From an uncultured Candidatus Saccharibacteria bacterium (GTDB lineage Bacteria > Patescibacteriota > Minisyncoccia > Phycocordibacterales > CSBR16-119), in the NCBI GenBank assembly GCA_964355515.1, contig CAYHDV010000003.1:7914-71913 (forward strand): DNA of 64,000 bases, read 5' to 3'. Shown here piece after piece: positions 47,387-57,777 of the stretch. Below the pieces are notes generated by a model. That model worked only from the letters and a program-made list of their open reading frames with translations, did no database searches and was not told where the DNA came from. Numbering within the stretch: position 1 is the stretch's first letter; each line of letters starts with the position of its first letter. Both the position numbers and the translations under genes were made by a program.

Positions 47387-48634
47387 ATGATTAAAAAAGT
47401 ACTAAAAATTCTTCTTATATTTCTTCTGATTATTGCAGTGGTTGGCCTCTACCTTTTCTTCACACAGAAAAGGGTGCCAGGAGACGCACCGGAGAAAAAT
47501 ATATTTTCATTTTTTCCTTTTGGAAACAACTCTCAAACAACCACACAAACAGGTCTACCAAATGAAGGAGGTGAGAATCCCGATGTAGGTCAAAGCCCAG
47601 ATAATCTAAACCAAAGAATAAAACGGCTTTCAAATACAGATATAGCAGGGGCGACACTTTTTGAAAAAGAAAGAATTGTCCCGGCTGTAGATGATCAGTC
47701 AGAAGATACAGTAGAGATGGCGCTTGTGGCAAGGTACATCCAAAAGGAAGATGGACATGTATACGATATCTTTGTTGATACCCTAAAGACAGAGCTTCTC
47801 TCAAGCACTATTATCCCTCGTATTCATGAAGCTTTCTTTGGAGATAATCCAAATGAGCTTATTCTGCGATATCTAAAGAGTGACAACGAAACAATAGAAA
47901 CCTTTGGTGGAACAATAGAGAATGGATCAATCAAAGGTTCGTTTTTCCCAAAGAACATACCTATCCTAGCTATTTCCCCAGACAAAACAAAAGTTTTTTA
48001 TCTCACAGAAGAAGGTGAATACACAAAAGGTACAATAAGTTCTTTCGCAAATAAAAACAAAAAGCCTATATTTGAAAATGCTTTCTCTGAGTGGGTTCCT
48101 TGGTGGGGGACTGATTCTATTATCACCATGACAACTAAGTCTTCTGCAAACATAGAGGGTTCTGTGTATGGTCTATCTGCGACCACAGGGGTCTTGTCTA
48201 AACAATTTGGAGAGAAGGACGGCCTCACAACTCTCGCTTCTCCAAACGGTCAGAAAATCCTGTACTCAGAAAAAATAGATGGTGGAATAAAGCTCTTTCT
48301 ATATAACAAACAAAAAAATACCCACATAAACCTCGGCATCAAAACTCTTCCAGAAAAGTGCATTTGGGATATAAACTCTGTTGAGGTGTATTGTGCGGTG
48401 CCAAAAGACACTCTAAGTTCAAACCTTCCAGATGATTGGTACCAGGGTCTTGTTTCTTTCCGAGATTCAATATGGCTACTAGATACAGACTCCATAGCTC
48501 ACCAAGAGATTTTGGACCCATTTGAGGAGCAGTTCCTATCTCTTGATATCATTAATATTATGGTCTCAGATAAAAAAGATTACATGATCTTTACCGACAA
48601 AAAAACAAGCATTCTATACGGAACAGAAATTTAG
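47387..48634 (+). CDS. Membrane-anchored beta-propeller (TolB/WD40-like) protein
   Basis: TM anchor; ISPD..KVFY and ASPNG.KILYS blades; EKCIW..YCAVP. Confidence 0.7.
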   Translation: MIKKVLKILLIFLLIIAVVGLYLFFTQKRVPGDAPEKNIFSFFPFGNNSQTTTQTGLPNEGGENPDVGQSPDNLNQRIKRLSNTDIAGATLFEKERIVPAVDDQSEDTVEMALVARYIQKEDGHVYDIFVDTLKTELLSSTIIPRIHEAFFGDNPNELILRYLKSDNETIETFGGTIENGSIKGSFFPKNIPILAISPDKTKVFYLTEEGEYTKGTISSFANKNKKPIFENAFSEWVPWWGTDSIITMTTKSSANIEGSVYGLSATTGVLSKQFGEKDGLTTLASPNGQKILYSEKIDGGIKLFLYNKQKNTHINLGIKTLPEKCIWDINSVEVYCAVPKDTLSSNLPDDWYQGLVSFRDSIWLLDTDSIAHQEILDPFEEQFLSLDIINIMVSDKKDYMIFTDKKTSILYGTEI

Positions 48635-48637
48635 TAT

Positions 48638-48672
48638 AAAAAAGACCCCTTCTTTAGAGAGGGGGTCTTTTT
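48638..48672. terminator. Bidirectional terminator between the T4SS locus and yidC
   Basis: AAAAAAGACCCCTTCT...GAGGGGGTCTTTTT. Confidence 0.8.
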
Positions 48673-48683
48673 ATATATAGATA

Positions 48684-49454
48684 TTAAATCGCGTATTCTT
48701 TCAGGCGAAGGTCAATGTCTTCTTCTATGCTCTTTAGTCTACTCTTAATAACTATCTCCTGACCTATGGTAAATAGGGTGTTTGTGATCCAATACAAGAC
48801 AAGGGTTGAGGGAAACATGAGTCCAAAAATAATAACCATTCCCGGCATAACAAATTTTACAAAAATCCCCATTTGTTTTTGCATCATATCCATTGGGCCA
48901 AGGTTGCTCATGTCTTTTAGAGACATTTTGTCATCCTTTTTAAATACAGGTGAGAGCCAAACTTGAATATATTGGAAGACTCCAGCCAGTATTGCAAGAA
49001 CAATGTTTGAAGAGCTAATATCTCGAATTCCAAGAAATCCCATCTGAATAGTCTCTGGAAAATGTAAAAATGGATAAACTAGTCCTTCTTGGAAAGAGAA
49101 TCCATCTTTTAATAGTGCGTAGAGTGACAAAACAACCACTATTTGAATAACAGTTGGAAGACACCCAGAAAAAGGGTTTACTTTTAGTTTTTGATAAAGC
49201 TCAAGCTGTTTTTGGGATTGTAGCTGTTTATTGTCTGGGTGATCTTTTTTAATCTTTTCAACAAAGGGCTGAATTCTATTGTTTTTGATCTGAGAGACAA
49301 GAGCCTTGTAAGAGAATGGGGCCAGAAGAAACTTAACAATAAGAGTTAACAGCACAATCGCCAAACCAAGGTTGTTTCCTGGTATAAAAAGAATAAGAGC
49401 AATAAGTAGGTTAAAGAGTGGTTTGTGTAAAATTATATTAAAAATAGCTTTCAT
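48684..49454 (-). CDS. yidC: Membrane protein insertase YidC
   Basis: GLAIVLLTLIVK, NPFSGCLP..IQ, LYWITNTLFTIGQ. Confidence 0.94.
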   Translation of the reverse strand: MKAIFNIILHKPLFNLLIALILFIPGNNLGLAIVLLTLIVKFLLAPFSYKALVSQIKNNRIQPFVEKIKKDHPDNKQLQSQKQLELYQKLKVNPFSGCLPTVIQIVVVLSLYALLKDGFSFQEGLVYPFLHFPETIQMGFLGIRDISSSNIVLAILAGVFQYIQVWLSPVFKKDDKMSLKDMSNLGPMDMMQKQMGIFVKFVMPGMVIIFGLMFPSTLVLYWITNTLFTIGQEIVIKSRLKSIEEDIDLRLKEYAI

Positions 49455-49491
49455 AAGAAGTAGTGTATCAAAACAATCTATTAAATACTAG

Positions 49492-49716
49492 TTAAGGGAC
49501 AGGGTCATATTTCTTGGTGGGGCACATCCCACAACGAGAGATTCTTTTTATACCCAAAAATGATCCTTTTATTGCCCCATATTTAATAATAGCCTCTTTT
49601 GTATATTCAGAGCAGGTTGGAAGGTAACAACAATCAGAGGCTATCCCCATAGAAACAAGCGTGTTTCTAATGAAAAGTTGATATATCTTTATTAAAAATA
49701 ATAGAGACTTCTTCAT
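49492..49716 (-). CDS. yidD: Membrane protein insertion efficiency factor YidD
   Basis: C.YLPTCSEY..EAI.KYG...RI.RC...YDPVP. Confidence 0.93.
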   Translation of the reverse strand: MKKSLLFLIKIYQLFIRNTLVSMGIASDCCYLPTCSEYTKEAIIKYGAIKGSFLGIKRISRCGMCPTKKYDPVP

Positions 49717-49719
49717 TTT

Positions 49720-50034
49720 TTATTGTTTAATCCTGCTTAATAGACCTGCAAGTTCTAAAAAAGAGTCTTTTTCTGGTGTTTTCTGTAAAAAAATAACCAT
49801 GGAAAAACCCTTGATTCCTTCTAGTTGAGAAGAAACGACATTATATATTTTGCGACGCAAGGCATTTCTTTTGACTGCGCTTTTTGATATTTTCTTTGAA
49901 ACAACCCCAGAGGCCTTTGTTTCTTTCCCAGAAGCTATATATTTCACACGAAAAAAGGGGGAGCTTAAAACCCTCCCTTTTTTCAATATTTCAGCCACTT
50001 CTTCTTTTTTTAGTCTGTTATTTTTAGGAAGCAT
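49720..50034 (-). CDS. rnpA: Ribonuclease P protein component
   Basis: MLPK.NRL, VVSKKISKSAVKRNALRR; canonical synteny. Confidence 0.93.
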   Translation of the reverse strand: MLPKNNRLKKEEVAEILKKGRVLSSPFFRVKYIASGKETKASGVVSKKISKSAVKRNALRRKIYNVVSSQLEGIKGFSMVIFLQKTPEKDSFLELAGLLSRIKQ

Positions 50035-50050
50035 TCTGCCTATTATAACT

Positions 50051-50194
50051 TTATCTATCTGAAGTAGAAAGAGATGCTCGGCCCTTTCTTCGTCGTGCTT
50101 GGAGAATGTTTTTACCAGACCCTGTTTTTGACCGAGACAAAAAACCGTGTGTTTTTGCCCGTTTTTTAGTTTTTGGATTGTATGTAAATGACAT
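50051..50194 (-). CDS. rpmH: 50S ribosomal protein L34 (below ORF-track cutoff)
   Basis: Hand translation MSFTYNPKTKKRAKTHGFLSRSKTGSGKNILQARRRKGRASLSTSDR. Confidence 0.96.
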   Translation of the reverse strand: MSFTYNPKTKKRAKTHGFLSRSKTGSGKNILQARRRKGRASLSTSDR

Positions 50195-50399
50195 AAAGAG
50201 GAGTATACATCAGCTATTAAAACAAATCAAGTTTTTTCGGAGATATATCCTGTTTGGCTTTTTTGGGTTTTGCATAAAAGAATATGTTTGTCGAATCGAG
50301 TTTGTTGGGTTTTTTATATTGCTCGTGTATAATTATCCACAGGTTTTAAACAGAAAACTCTTTTTCTATAGAAAAGAAAAAGACCGCTATAATGTTTTT

Positions 50400-51758
50400 A
50401 TGCAATCAGACACCATCAACAACAAAGAGCTCTGGGGAAGATGTTTAGAGGAGCTGGAGGGTCAACTTTCAAAGGCTAATTTTTCTACATGGTTTCAGAA
50501 CACTCATATATACAAGAGAGATCATGGTATTGCGACAGTTGGTGTTCCAAATGAATTTGTAAAAGAGTGGCTTGGAACCAAATATACAAAGCTAATATTA
50601 AAAACTGTTATGGTTTTTGACCCAGGGGTTCGAAATATTGAATTTACAATATCAAAGTCAGAACCAAAAGAAGAAAAACGTACTCATTCCTTCGGCTCAC
50701 CTTATGGGGGAGAGCTCCCTCTTCAAAATTTATATATAAACAAAGATGACAATCTAAACCCTAGATATACTTTTGATACATTTGTTGTTGGGTCATTTAA
50801 CGAGCTGGCTTATGCCGCCGCTCAAGCCATAATCAAGAACCCGGGGAGTTCTTATAATCCATTTTTTATCTATGGACAAACTGGGCTAGGGAAGACTCAC
50901 CTTATCCAAGCAATTGGAACTGAAATCAAAAAGAAACACCCTGGGAAAAAGGTTCATTATGTTACACTTGAGAAATTCTCCCTTGATTATGTTACCTCTC
51001 TTCAAAAAAATAGACCAAATGAATTTAAACAAAAGTACAGACAATATGATGTGATTATCATGGATGACATTCAGTTTCTTTCTGGAAAAGAAAAAACGCA
51101 AGAGGAGCTCTTCCACCTATTCAACACCCTCTATGAACAAAACAAACAAATTGTCTTTTCTTCAGATAAACACCCAAACTATATTCCTGGATTAGAGGAC
51201 CGTCTGAAGTCTAGGTTTGGTTCCGGTATGATAGTGGATGTTTCTGTACCAGAATATGAGTCCAGACTTGCTATTATTAAGTCCAAGATCAAAGAATCAG
51301 ATGTTGATCTCTCAGATGAGGTCAAAGATTATATAGCTTCATCTATGGAAGGAAGTATCCGAGAGCTAGAGGGAAGCCTAAATACCATATTGTGTCAGGC
51401 TCAGCTAAAAACAAAGCCCATGACCCTGTCTGAGGTTAAAAGCCTTATAAAAAACAATATCAAACCAAAAAGAAATGTATCTATTACAGATATTGTAAAA
51501 ATTGTTACTGATTTCTATAATATAGGAGAACAATCTGTATATGAAAAGACTAGAAGAAAGGAAATTGTTAAGGCAAGACAAATTATAATGTATATTTTAA
51601 GAGAGGACTTTAACATCTCTTATCCGATGATTGGTCAAAAGCTTGGAGGAAAAGACCACACGACTGTTATTCACTCTTGTTTAAAAATTAAACAAGAGCT
51701 GTTGGAAAAAACAGACCTTGTGGATGATCTCGAAAGACTACGTCTTATTTTCAAATAA
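50400..51758 (+). CDS. dnaA: Chromosomal replication initiator DnaA (start re-assigned to 50400)
   Basis: LNPRYTFDTFVVG, YNPFFIYGQTGLGKTHL, DDIQFL, QEELFHLFN, GGKDHTTVIH; TATAAT 6 nt before ATG 50400. Confidence 0.97.
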   Translation: MQSDTINNKELWGRCLEELEGQLSKANFSTWFQNTHIYKRDHGIATVGVPNEFVKEWLGTKYTKLILKTVMVFDPGVRNIEFTISKSEPKEEKRTHSFGSPYGGELPLQNLYINKDDNLNPRYTFDTFVVGSFNELAYAAAQAIIKNPGSSYNPFFIYGQTGLGKTHLIQAIGTEIKKKHPGKKVHYVTLEKFSLDYVTSLQKNRPNEFKQKYRQYDVIIMDDIQFLSGKEKTQEELFHLFNTLYEQNKQIVFSSDKHPNYIPGLEDRLKSRFGSGMIVDVSVPEYESRLAIIKSKIKESDVDLSDEVKDYIASSMEGSIRELEGSLNTILCQAQLKTKPMTLSEVKSLIKNNIKPKRNVSITDIVKIVTDFYNIGEQSVYEKTRRKEIVKARQIIMYILREDFNISYPMIGQKLGGKDHTTVIHSCLKIKQELLEKTDLVDDLERLRLIFK

Positions 51759-52016
51759 AGTGTGGAAAGGTCTGTGGAAATTGATGAATAACGAAAGAAA
51801 AAGGCGTTGGTAAAAAAAGAATAACTGGTACTTTATAAACAGTGTTATTAAAAAATAAAAAGTTATTATTAGTAATAGTGATTGTGTTATCAAGTTTTTA
51901 ACAAGAGATATCCTAAATAAGCTTTATATAGTCTTACCAAAACCAGTTATCCACTTATTAACACCCCTAATAGTAATAATAAGTTATATATAGAAGAAAC
52001 AAACACCTGCTTTATT
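51759..52016. other. Putative oriC (dnaA-dnaN intergenic)
   Basis: Very AT-rich with DnaA-box-like TGTGGAAAG (51761), TGTGGAAAT (51774), TTATCCACT (51947); a perfect TTATCCACA also lies upstream of dnaA at 50333-50341. Confidence 0.7.
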
Positions 52017-53120
52017 ATGAAAATAAAAACAAACATCCAAAAATTAAGAAACGCTATTATTCAAGCAGATAAGATAACTAGTAAAAACGCTAGTCATCCA
52101 GTTCTTGGTTCTATATTACTGAAGACAAATAAAGATTCTTTGAGTATTAGATCAACAAATCTTAGTCTTGGAATTGATATCACCATAAAAGCCACAGTTA
52201 TTGAGGAAGGAGAGGTGGCTGTATATGGATCTCTTCTTGTGGGTATTTTTTCATCATTATCAAGTAAGGAGGAGGTTTCTCTTGATTTGATAGATAAGAC
52301 TCTTTCTATCTCTGCTCAAGGTGTTAATCTTATTGTTAATACCTTAGAGACAGAGGAATTTCCTTCTATACCACAAGTCCAAGGTCTAACAATCTCTGTT
52401 CCTGTAAAAGTACTCTTAAAAGGACTAAGGTCTGTTTTTTATTCAGCTTCTGTTTCTGACATAAAACCCGAGATTTCTAGTGTTTTTATGTATCCAGAAA
52501 ACCAAGAATCTCTTGTTTTTGTTTCGACTGATACCTTTAGGCTTGCAGAAAAATTTGTAGAGATAGAGACCCTTCCTGATTTTGAGGGAATACTTATACC
52601 ATTTAAGAACATTTCAGAAATAATAAGAGTCCTTGGTGACAATGAAGAAAACTCCGTAGAAGTTATATTTAACAAAAATCAGATATCTTTTAAATCAGAT
52701 GATGTATATCTTACTTCTAGATTGGTAGATGGGGGATTCCCTGACTACAGGCAGATTATCCCAAAAGAGTTCAAAACCCAAGTTATTGTTTTGAAACAAG
52801 ATCTTATAAATGCTCTACGGCTCGCAAATATCTTCTCAGACAAGTTTAATCAGGTAACCATGGTGATTGACCCAAAAGCAAGCATTTTTGAGATCTCATC
52901 GAAAAGTAGCGGAGTTGGAGAAAATAGTACAACACTAGAGGCGACCCTTTCAGGAGAGCCAATTACCTTGAATATTAACTACAAGTATCTTCTTGATTGT
53001 TTCCAATCTATTCTTGAAGATAGTGTGGTTCTAGAATTTACCGAGTCCAGGAAGCCAATGATTGTAAAAGGTATTTCCAACAAAACTTTTATGTATCTTA
53101 TAATGCCAATTAATCGATAG
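52017..53120 (+). CDS. dnaN: DNA polymerase III beta clamp
   Basis: STDTFRLA, SRLVDGGFPDYRQIIP, YLIMP; follows dnaA. Confidence 0.96.
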   Translation: MKIKTNIQKLRNAIIQADKITSKNASHPVLGSILLKTNKDSLSIRSTNLSLGIDITIKATVIEEGEVAVYGSLLVGIFSSLSSKEEVSLDLIDKTLSISAQGVNLIVNTLETEEFPSIPQVQGLTISVPVKVLLKGLRSVFYSASVSDIKPEISSVFMYPENQESLVFVSTDTFRLAEKFVEIETLPDFEGILIPFKNISEIIRVLGDNEENSVEVIFNKNQISFKSDDVYLTSRLVDGGFPDYRQIIPKEFKTQVIVLKQDLINALRLANIFSDKFNQVTMVIDPKASIFEISSKSSGVGENSTTLEATLSGEPITLNINYKYLLDCFQSILEDSVVLEFTESRKPMIVKGISNKTFMYLIMPINR

Positions 53121-53122
53121 TT

Positions 53123-53377
53123 ATGAATAATATCGGAGGAATACTCGCTCTTTTTGAAAAAATAATAGAATCTGAGGTAGGTTCAAAAAAGATAATTCAA
53201 GAAGTTTTATTTGACATAATTGGAGTAAAAATAGATAGTTCAAAAATCAAAGTAAAAGAATTTAGTTTATATATAGAAGGGCACCCAGCTTTAAAAAACG
53301 AGTTATTTTTAAAACAAGATTTATTGAAAACTGAAATAAATAAAAGAATAGGAAAAAGCTTTGATTCTTTTAATTAA
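53123..53377 (+). CDS. Small hypothetical protein (possibly DciA-like)
   Basis: 84 aa directly after dnaN; LYI...PALKNELFLKQ..L...IN pattern loosely recalls DUF721. Confidence 0.5.
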   Translation: MNNIGGILALFEKIIESEVGSKKIIQEVLFDIIGVKIDSSKIKVKEFSLYIEGHPALKNELFLKQDLLKTEINKRIGKSFDSFN

Positions 53378-55942
53378 TTAAATCCCCAAAGAAACAGGAA
53401 GAGATATTACCGCCTTGTTGTAGCTTTGGTCGAAGACATATGCCTTTAGCTCATATGATCCAGAAGGTATACTAGACTCATTTAGGTGGACTGTTAGAGA
53501 TTTTGAACCATTTCTAGTTGTTCCTATGTAGATGTCATTCATAAAGAAATCTATCTTTAAAAGAGGCGAATTAACTGGACTAGAGAAATTAATTTCAAAA
53601 ACTGCGTCTGTCTCATATGAGATTTTTTCATTTCGGAGAGGTCGAACAAAAGACACGACAGGTTGAGAGCTTGCTGTATGGACGTTGTCATTGAAGGTTG
53701 GAATAGAAGAACCTGTTTGTTGAGGATAGTTTTGTTTATGTGAGTTCCACCAGTTTTGAACACTATATTCCCAGTTTTTATATTGATTGTCTTTTCCGGG
53801 ATTTTCTGGGTAGTTTCCAGTCGGGTTTGTTTTGTCTATCCAATAAAGTTCTGAATGGACATTTGTTATAACAATTTCATTTGTTGTTTCTTTTGGTGTG
53901 TATTCCGTCGCCAATCCTCCAGAAATACTATCTACAAAAGCTGAAAATCCACCAAGCCACTGTCCTCTAATTATGGGCTTGGTATCACTTGGTAGAGCTC
54001 GTGTAAGAGGTGTGAACTTATTATTTTCTGTCTTGGTTAGTGCATAGGACATATATTCTCCAAAGAGAGATCCAGAAATACCAGAACCTTGTTTCATTGG
54101 AGTGTTATCGTTGTTACCAGACCAAACACCAGTCACAATATCTGGTGAATATCCCACTATCCACGCATCAACCTTGTTATCTGTTGTTCCTGTTTTTCCA
54201 GCCACGTCATAACCCGGGAAATAAAGGAAGCTTCGAGAACCCCAAAGAGGTGTTCTCGCCACATTGTCAGAAAGAATACTATTTATTTTAATAGCAACAT
54301 CTTTGTTTAAAACTTGAGCACTTGAATTTTTGTATGATTCTAATACCTCTCCATCTTGTCTCTTAACTTCCAGAATACCTGTTGTTTGATTCCGAACACC
54401 CTCTGTTGCAAATACCCCATAAGCTGAAACCATTTCAATAAGCTGAACTTCTCCACCTCCCAGAACAAGAGTTAATCCATATCTATCAGGATCAGTAAGA
54501 GAACTTATACCTAAATTTTGAGCTGTTTTGATTGCATCACCTATTCCCACCAAATAAAGAAGTTTAACAGCGGGAATGTTTCTTGATTGAGCAAGTGCGT
54601 TTCTAAGAGTTATTGGCCCCACAAACAAACCATCATAGTTTTGGGGGTTATAACATTTATTTGAATCAGTACCTTTTTCATTGGCGCTCGCTCCACAACT
54701 TGGATTAAATTCTGTTTTTACATCAAAAACCACTGACTCTGGCTCGAAACCTTTTTCCATTGCTGTTGCGTATACAAAGGGTTTAAAAGAAGACCCGGGC
54801 TGTCTGAAGGCCGTAGCAATATTGAAATTACCGTCTATTTCTTCATCAAAATAATCTTTCGATCCAACCATACTTAAAACCTGACCAGTCTTTGGATCAA
54901 TAGAAACAAGGGCTGCGTTGCTTGCACCATACAACTCATTGTTTAAATCTGCATGTTTCTTAACGACCTCCTCACCTTTTTGTTGCAGGTCATAATCTAG
55001 GGTTGTTTTTACAATTAGTCCACCCCGAAGAATAGCCTCTTCTCCATATTTAGACTCCAAATATTCTCTTACCCAAAAAACAAAGTGAGGAGCCTTTATC
55101 CCAACCTCTTGTTTTGGTAAAAACTCAACCTCTTCTAACATTGCCATCTCTCCTTCCTCTTTTGTTATAAATCCAAGCTCTATCATCTTTGATAAAACAA
55201 GATCTTTTCTCTTATTTAGAGCCTCTTTGTTTTTTCCGTATGGTGAATAAAATGTTGGGGCATTGGGTATTGCTGCGAGATATGCTGACTGAGCCAGGCT
55301 AACATCCAAAGGATCAACACCAAAAAACGATAGGGAAGCCTCTTTTATTCCATAAATACTCCCACCATAAGGAGCTTCGTTTAGATAAATAGCAAGTATT
55401 TGTTCTTTTGAAAATTCTTTTTCAACCTTAACCGCAAGAATCCACTCCTTTAATTTTCGAGAAATTTTCTTATCTTGTGTAAGAAGGGTGTTTTTAACAA
55501 TTTGTTGAGTGATAGTTGAGCCCCCTTGGGAAAATTGACCAGATTTAAGGTTCGCAAAGACTGCTCTCATTAGGGCTTTGGGTTCGATTCCTTTATGGTA
55601 GTAAAAATTAGAATCTTCAATTGCCACCGTTGCATCTTTTGAATATTTTGAAATCTCTTCAAAGGGAATTACATTTCTTTTAACTTCTTCGTGGATATCA
55701 TAAAGAAGAACCTCTCCGGTTCGGTCATAGATTTTGGTTGAGTTTGCAATAACCCGGTCATTGAAAGCATTGAAATCAGGTGTTTTTAAGGTTGCAAGCC
55801 AAATAAAAATAACTCCTAATATAAAAATAGAAAAACTAAAGCCAAGCCATATCAGAGTGTGCCTATTTTTGCCTACATAAGAAACCACCTCTTTTTTTGA
55901 GGGCAGATTCTTAGATATTTTTTTTATGGGATTATGTTTCAT
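53378..55942 (-). CDS. Class A penicillin-binding protein (PBP1A family) with C-terminal Ig-like domain
   Basis: AIEDSNFYYH.G, GGSTITQQ, RKLKE, RQPGSSFKP (SxxK), SRN, GKTGTT. Confidence 0.94.
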   Translation of the reverse strand: MKHNPIKKISKNLPSKKEVVSYVGKNRHTLIWLGFSFSIFILGVIFIWLATLKTPDFNAFNDRVIANSTKIYDRTGEVLLYDIHEEVKRNVIPFEEISKYSKDATVAIEDSNFYYHKGIEPKALMRAVFANLKSGQFSQGGSTITQQIVKNTLLTQDKKISRKLKEWILAVKVEKEFSKEQILAIYLNEAPYGGSIYGIKEASLSFFGVDPLDVSLAQSAYLAAIPNAPTFYSPYGKNKEALNKRKDLVLSKMIELGFITKEEGEMAMLEEVEFLPKQEVGIKAPHFVFWVREYLESKYGEEAILRGGLIVKTTLDYDLQQKGEEVVKKHADLNNELYGASNAALVSIDPKTGQVLSMVGSKDYFDEEIDGNFNIATAFRQPGSSFKPFVYATAMEKGFEPESVVFDVKTEFNPSCGASANEKGTDSNKCYNPQNYDGLFVGPITLRNALAQSRNIPAVKLLYLVGIGDAIKTAQNLGISSLTDPDRYGLTLVLGGGEVQLIEMVSAYGVFATEGVRNQTTGILEVKRQDGEVLESYKNSSAQVLNKDVAIKINSILSDNVARTPLWGSRSFLYFPGYDVAGKTGTTDNKVDAWIVGYSPDIVTGVWSGNNDNTPMKQGSGISGSLFGEYMSYALTKTENNKFTPLTRALPSDTKPIIRGQWLGGFSAFVDSISGGLATEYTPKETTNEIVITNVHSELYWIDKTNPTGNYPENPGKDNQYKNWEYSVQNWWNSHKQNYPQQTGSSIPTFNDNVHTASSQPVVSFVRPLRNEKISYETDAVFEINFSSPVNSPLLKIDFFMNDIYIGTTRNGSKSLTVHLNESSIPSGSYELKAYVFDQSYNKAVISLPVSLGI

Positions 55943-56038
55943 ATAAGCTAAATATATCATATATGTTGACGTTCTTGCACTATCCAAGCTTACAAAATCA
56001 AGCTTTTTATAAATAGGTAATTCTGATACACTAGCTTT

Positions 56039-57433
56039 ATGACAGAAGAACAAAAATTAAAAGAACTAGAAGAATTATTTACTCGGGGGGTGGGTGAGTT
56101 TGTTGATCCTGACAACACATTCCGAAAAAAACTTGAAGCAAAAATAAAGGGAGAATACGACAAAGACATTGTTATTAAGTTTGGGGTTGATCCAACTAGA
56201 CCAGACATTCACTTGGGTCACGCGGTGGTCTTTCGAAAACTTCGAAAACTTCAAGACCTTGGTTGTAAGGCAATTTTCCTAGTGGGGGACTATACAAGTC
56301 AGATTGGCGATCCAACAGGAAAGAGTAAGGTTCGTCCAGAAATTGAACAAAAAGAAATTGAGGCAAACATGAAAACATATCTGGATCAAGTAGGTAAAAT
56401 ACTCTCAACAGACCCTGCGGTGTTTTCTTGGATTCGAAACTCAGACTGGTTTACATCAATAACTGATATTCAAACCACTCCAGGTTTTAAGGTTAATTTA
56501 AAAGGAAATGGGATGATGGGGTGGTTTGAGGGAAATTCTTTTATTGGGAAAGCCTTGTTGTTCAATAAGACGCGGATGCAAGAAACACATCTACATCGAA
56601 AAGAAATACACTCTGTTTCATTTTCACATGTTTTAAGAACTCTTAGAAAAATAACACACGGGCGGTTGGTTGAGAGAGACATGTTTCAGGCTAGAATTAA
56701 AAATGGAGAAGAATTGTATATGCATGAAATGATGTACCCGGTTCTCCAAGGTCTTGATTCACATATTCTTGCGAAGATTTATGGGTCTTGTGATCTTGAA
56801 ATTGGTGGGTCTGATCAACATTTCAATATGCTTATGGGAAGACATGTTATGAAAATATATGGTCAAGAGGAACAGTCTGTAATCTCTTTTGATCTCCTTG
56901 AGGGGCTAGATGGGAAAGAAAAAATGAGTAAATCTCTCGACAATTATATTGCAATCACTGACGCACCATCTGACATGTATGGAAAAGTGATGTCTATACC
57001 AGACTCACTTATTGTTCGATACTTTGAGCTTTGTACCTTTGAACCACAAGAATTACTTAACGAAAAAAGAGAAGAACTTTCTTCTGGGAAAAACAATCCA
57101 AAAGACATGAAGATGGAACTTGCAAAACAAATTGTTTCTATTTATCACGGCGAGCAATCTTCTCTCCGAGCTGAAGATGAGTTTGTTGAAACCTTTCAGA
57201 AGGGAGGTATTCCAGAAGAGATAAAAGAAATTTTTGTTGGGATAAACGCGCCACTTATAGATATCTTTACCGAACACAACCTTCTACCTTCGAAAACAGA
57301 ATTTAGAAGAAGGTTCGATGCCGGGGCAATCAAAAATGCAGAAACAGGGGAGGTATCTCCTCAAGAGATCTCAGAAGATATTGTTATAAAATACGGCAAA
57401 AAAGACTTTATTAGAATTATCGTCAAGAGTTAA
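56039..57433 (+). CDS. tyrS: Tyrosine--tRNA ligase
   Basis: GVDPT..DIHLGH, IGDPTGK, YPVLQG.D, GGSDQ, KMSKS, S4-like tail. Confidence 0.96.
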   Translation: MTEEQKLKELEELFTRGVGEFVDPDNTFRKKLEAKIKGEYDKDIVIKFGVDPTRPDIHLGHAVVFRKLRKLQDLGCKAIFLVGDYTSQIGDPTGKSKVRPEIEQKEIEANMKTYLDQVGKILSTDPAVFSWIRNSDWFTSITDIQTTPGFKVNLKGNGMMGWFEGNSFIGKALLFNKTRMQETHLHRKEIHSVSFSHVLRTLRKITHGRLVERDMFQARIKNGEELYMHEMMYPVLQGLDSHILAKIYGSCDLEIGGSDQHFNMLMGRHVMKIYGQEEQSVISFDLLEGLDGKEKMSKSLDNYIAITDAPSDMYGKVMSIPDSLIVRYFELCTFEPQELLNEKREELSSGKNNPKDMKMELAKQIVSIYHGEQSSLRAEDEFVETFQKGGIPEEIKEIFVGINAPLIDIFTEHNLLPSKTEFRRRFDAGAIKNAETGEVSPQEISEDIVIKYGKKDFIRIIVKS

Positions 57434-57465
57434 AAAACAAAAACCACATAATGTGGTTTTTGTTT

Positions 57466-57708
57466 TTAGCTCCAGTCATCCATGTTTGCATCTTCTAGAG
57501 GGTTGTATCCTTCATCTTCGTCATCTACCCCTCCAAAAAGTTTTGCATCATCTATTTCGTCTTCATCGTCCTCGTCTTCATCTTCTTCAGCAGATTCATT
57601 GCTAGATAAACCAATAAGAGGGTTGTCCTCGTCCTCATCATCCATGTTTTCTTCAAAGCCCTCCAAGACGTCATCCTCTAACTCTTTTGTTTCATCATCG
57701 AAATCCAT
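57466..57708 (-). CDS. Highly acidic small protein
   Basis: 80 aa, mostly Asp/Glu. Confidence 0.55.
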   Translation of the reverse strand: MDFDDETKELEDDVLEGFEENMDDEDEDNPLIGLSSNESAEEDEDEDDEDEIDDAKLFGGVDDEDEGYNPLEDANMDDWS

Positions 57709-57777
57709 TTTGTTATAAATTTAATTAAATAAGTAAGATAGTATGTTTATACACGCATAGACAAATCTTTGCAACCT

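Noticed and set aside
50106-50399. 98-aa N-terminal extension of DnaA
   Set aside because: It overlaps rpmH on the opposite strand; the real start is 50400, with TATAAT 6 nt upstream. The same reasoning trims RuvB, PBP1A, CCA and PrgI.
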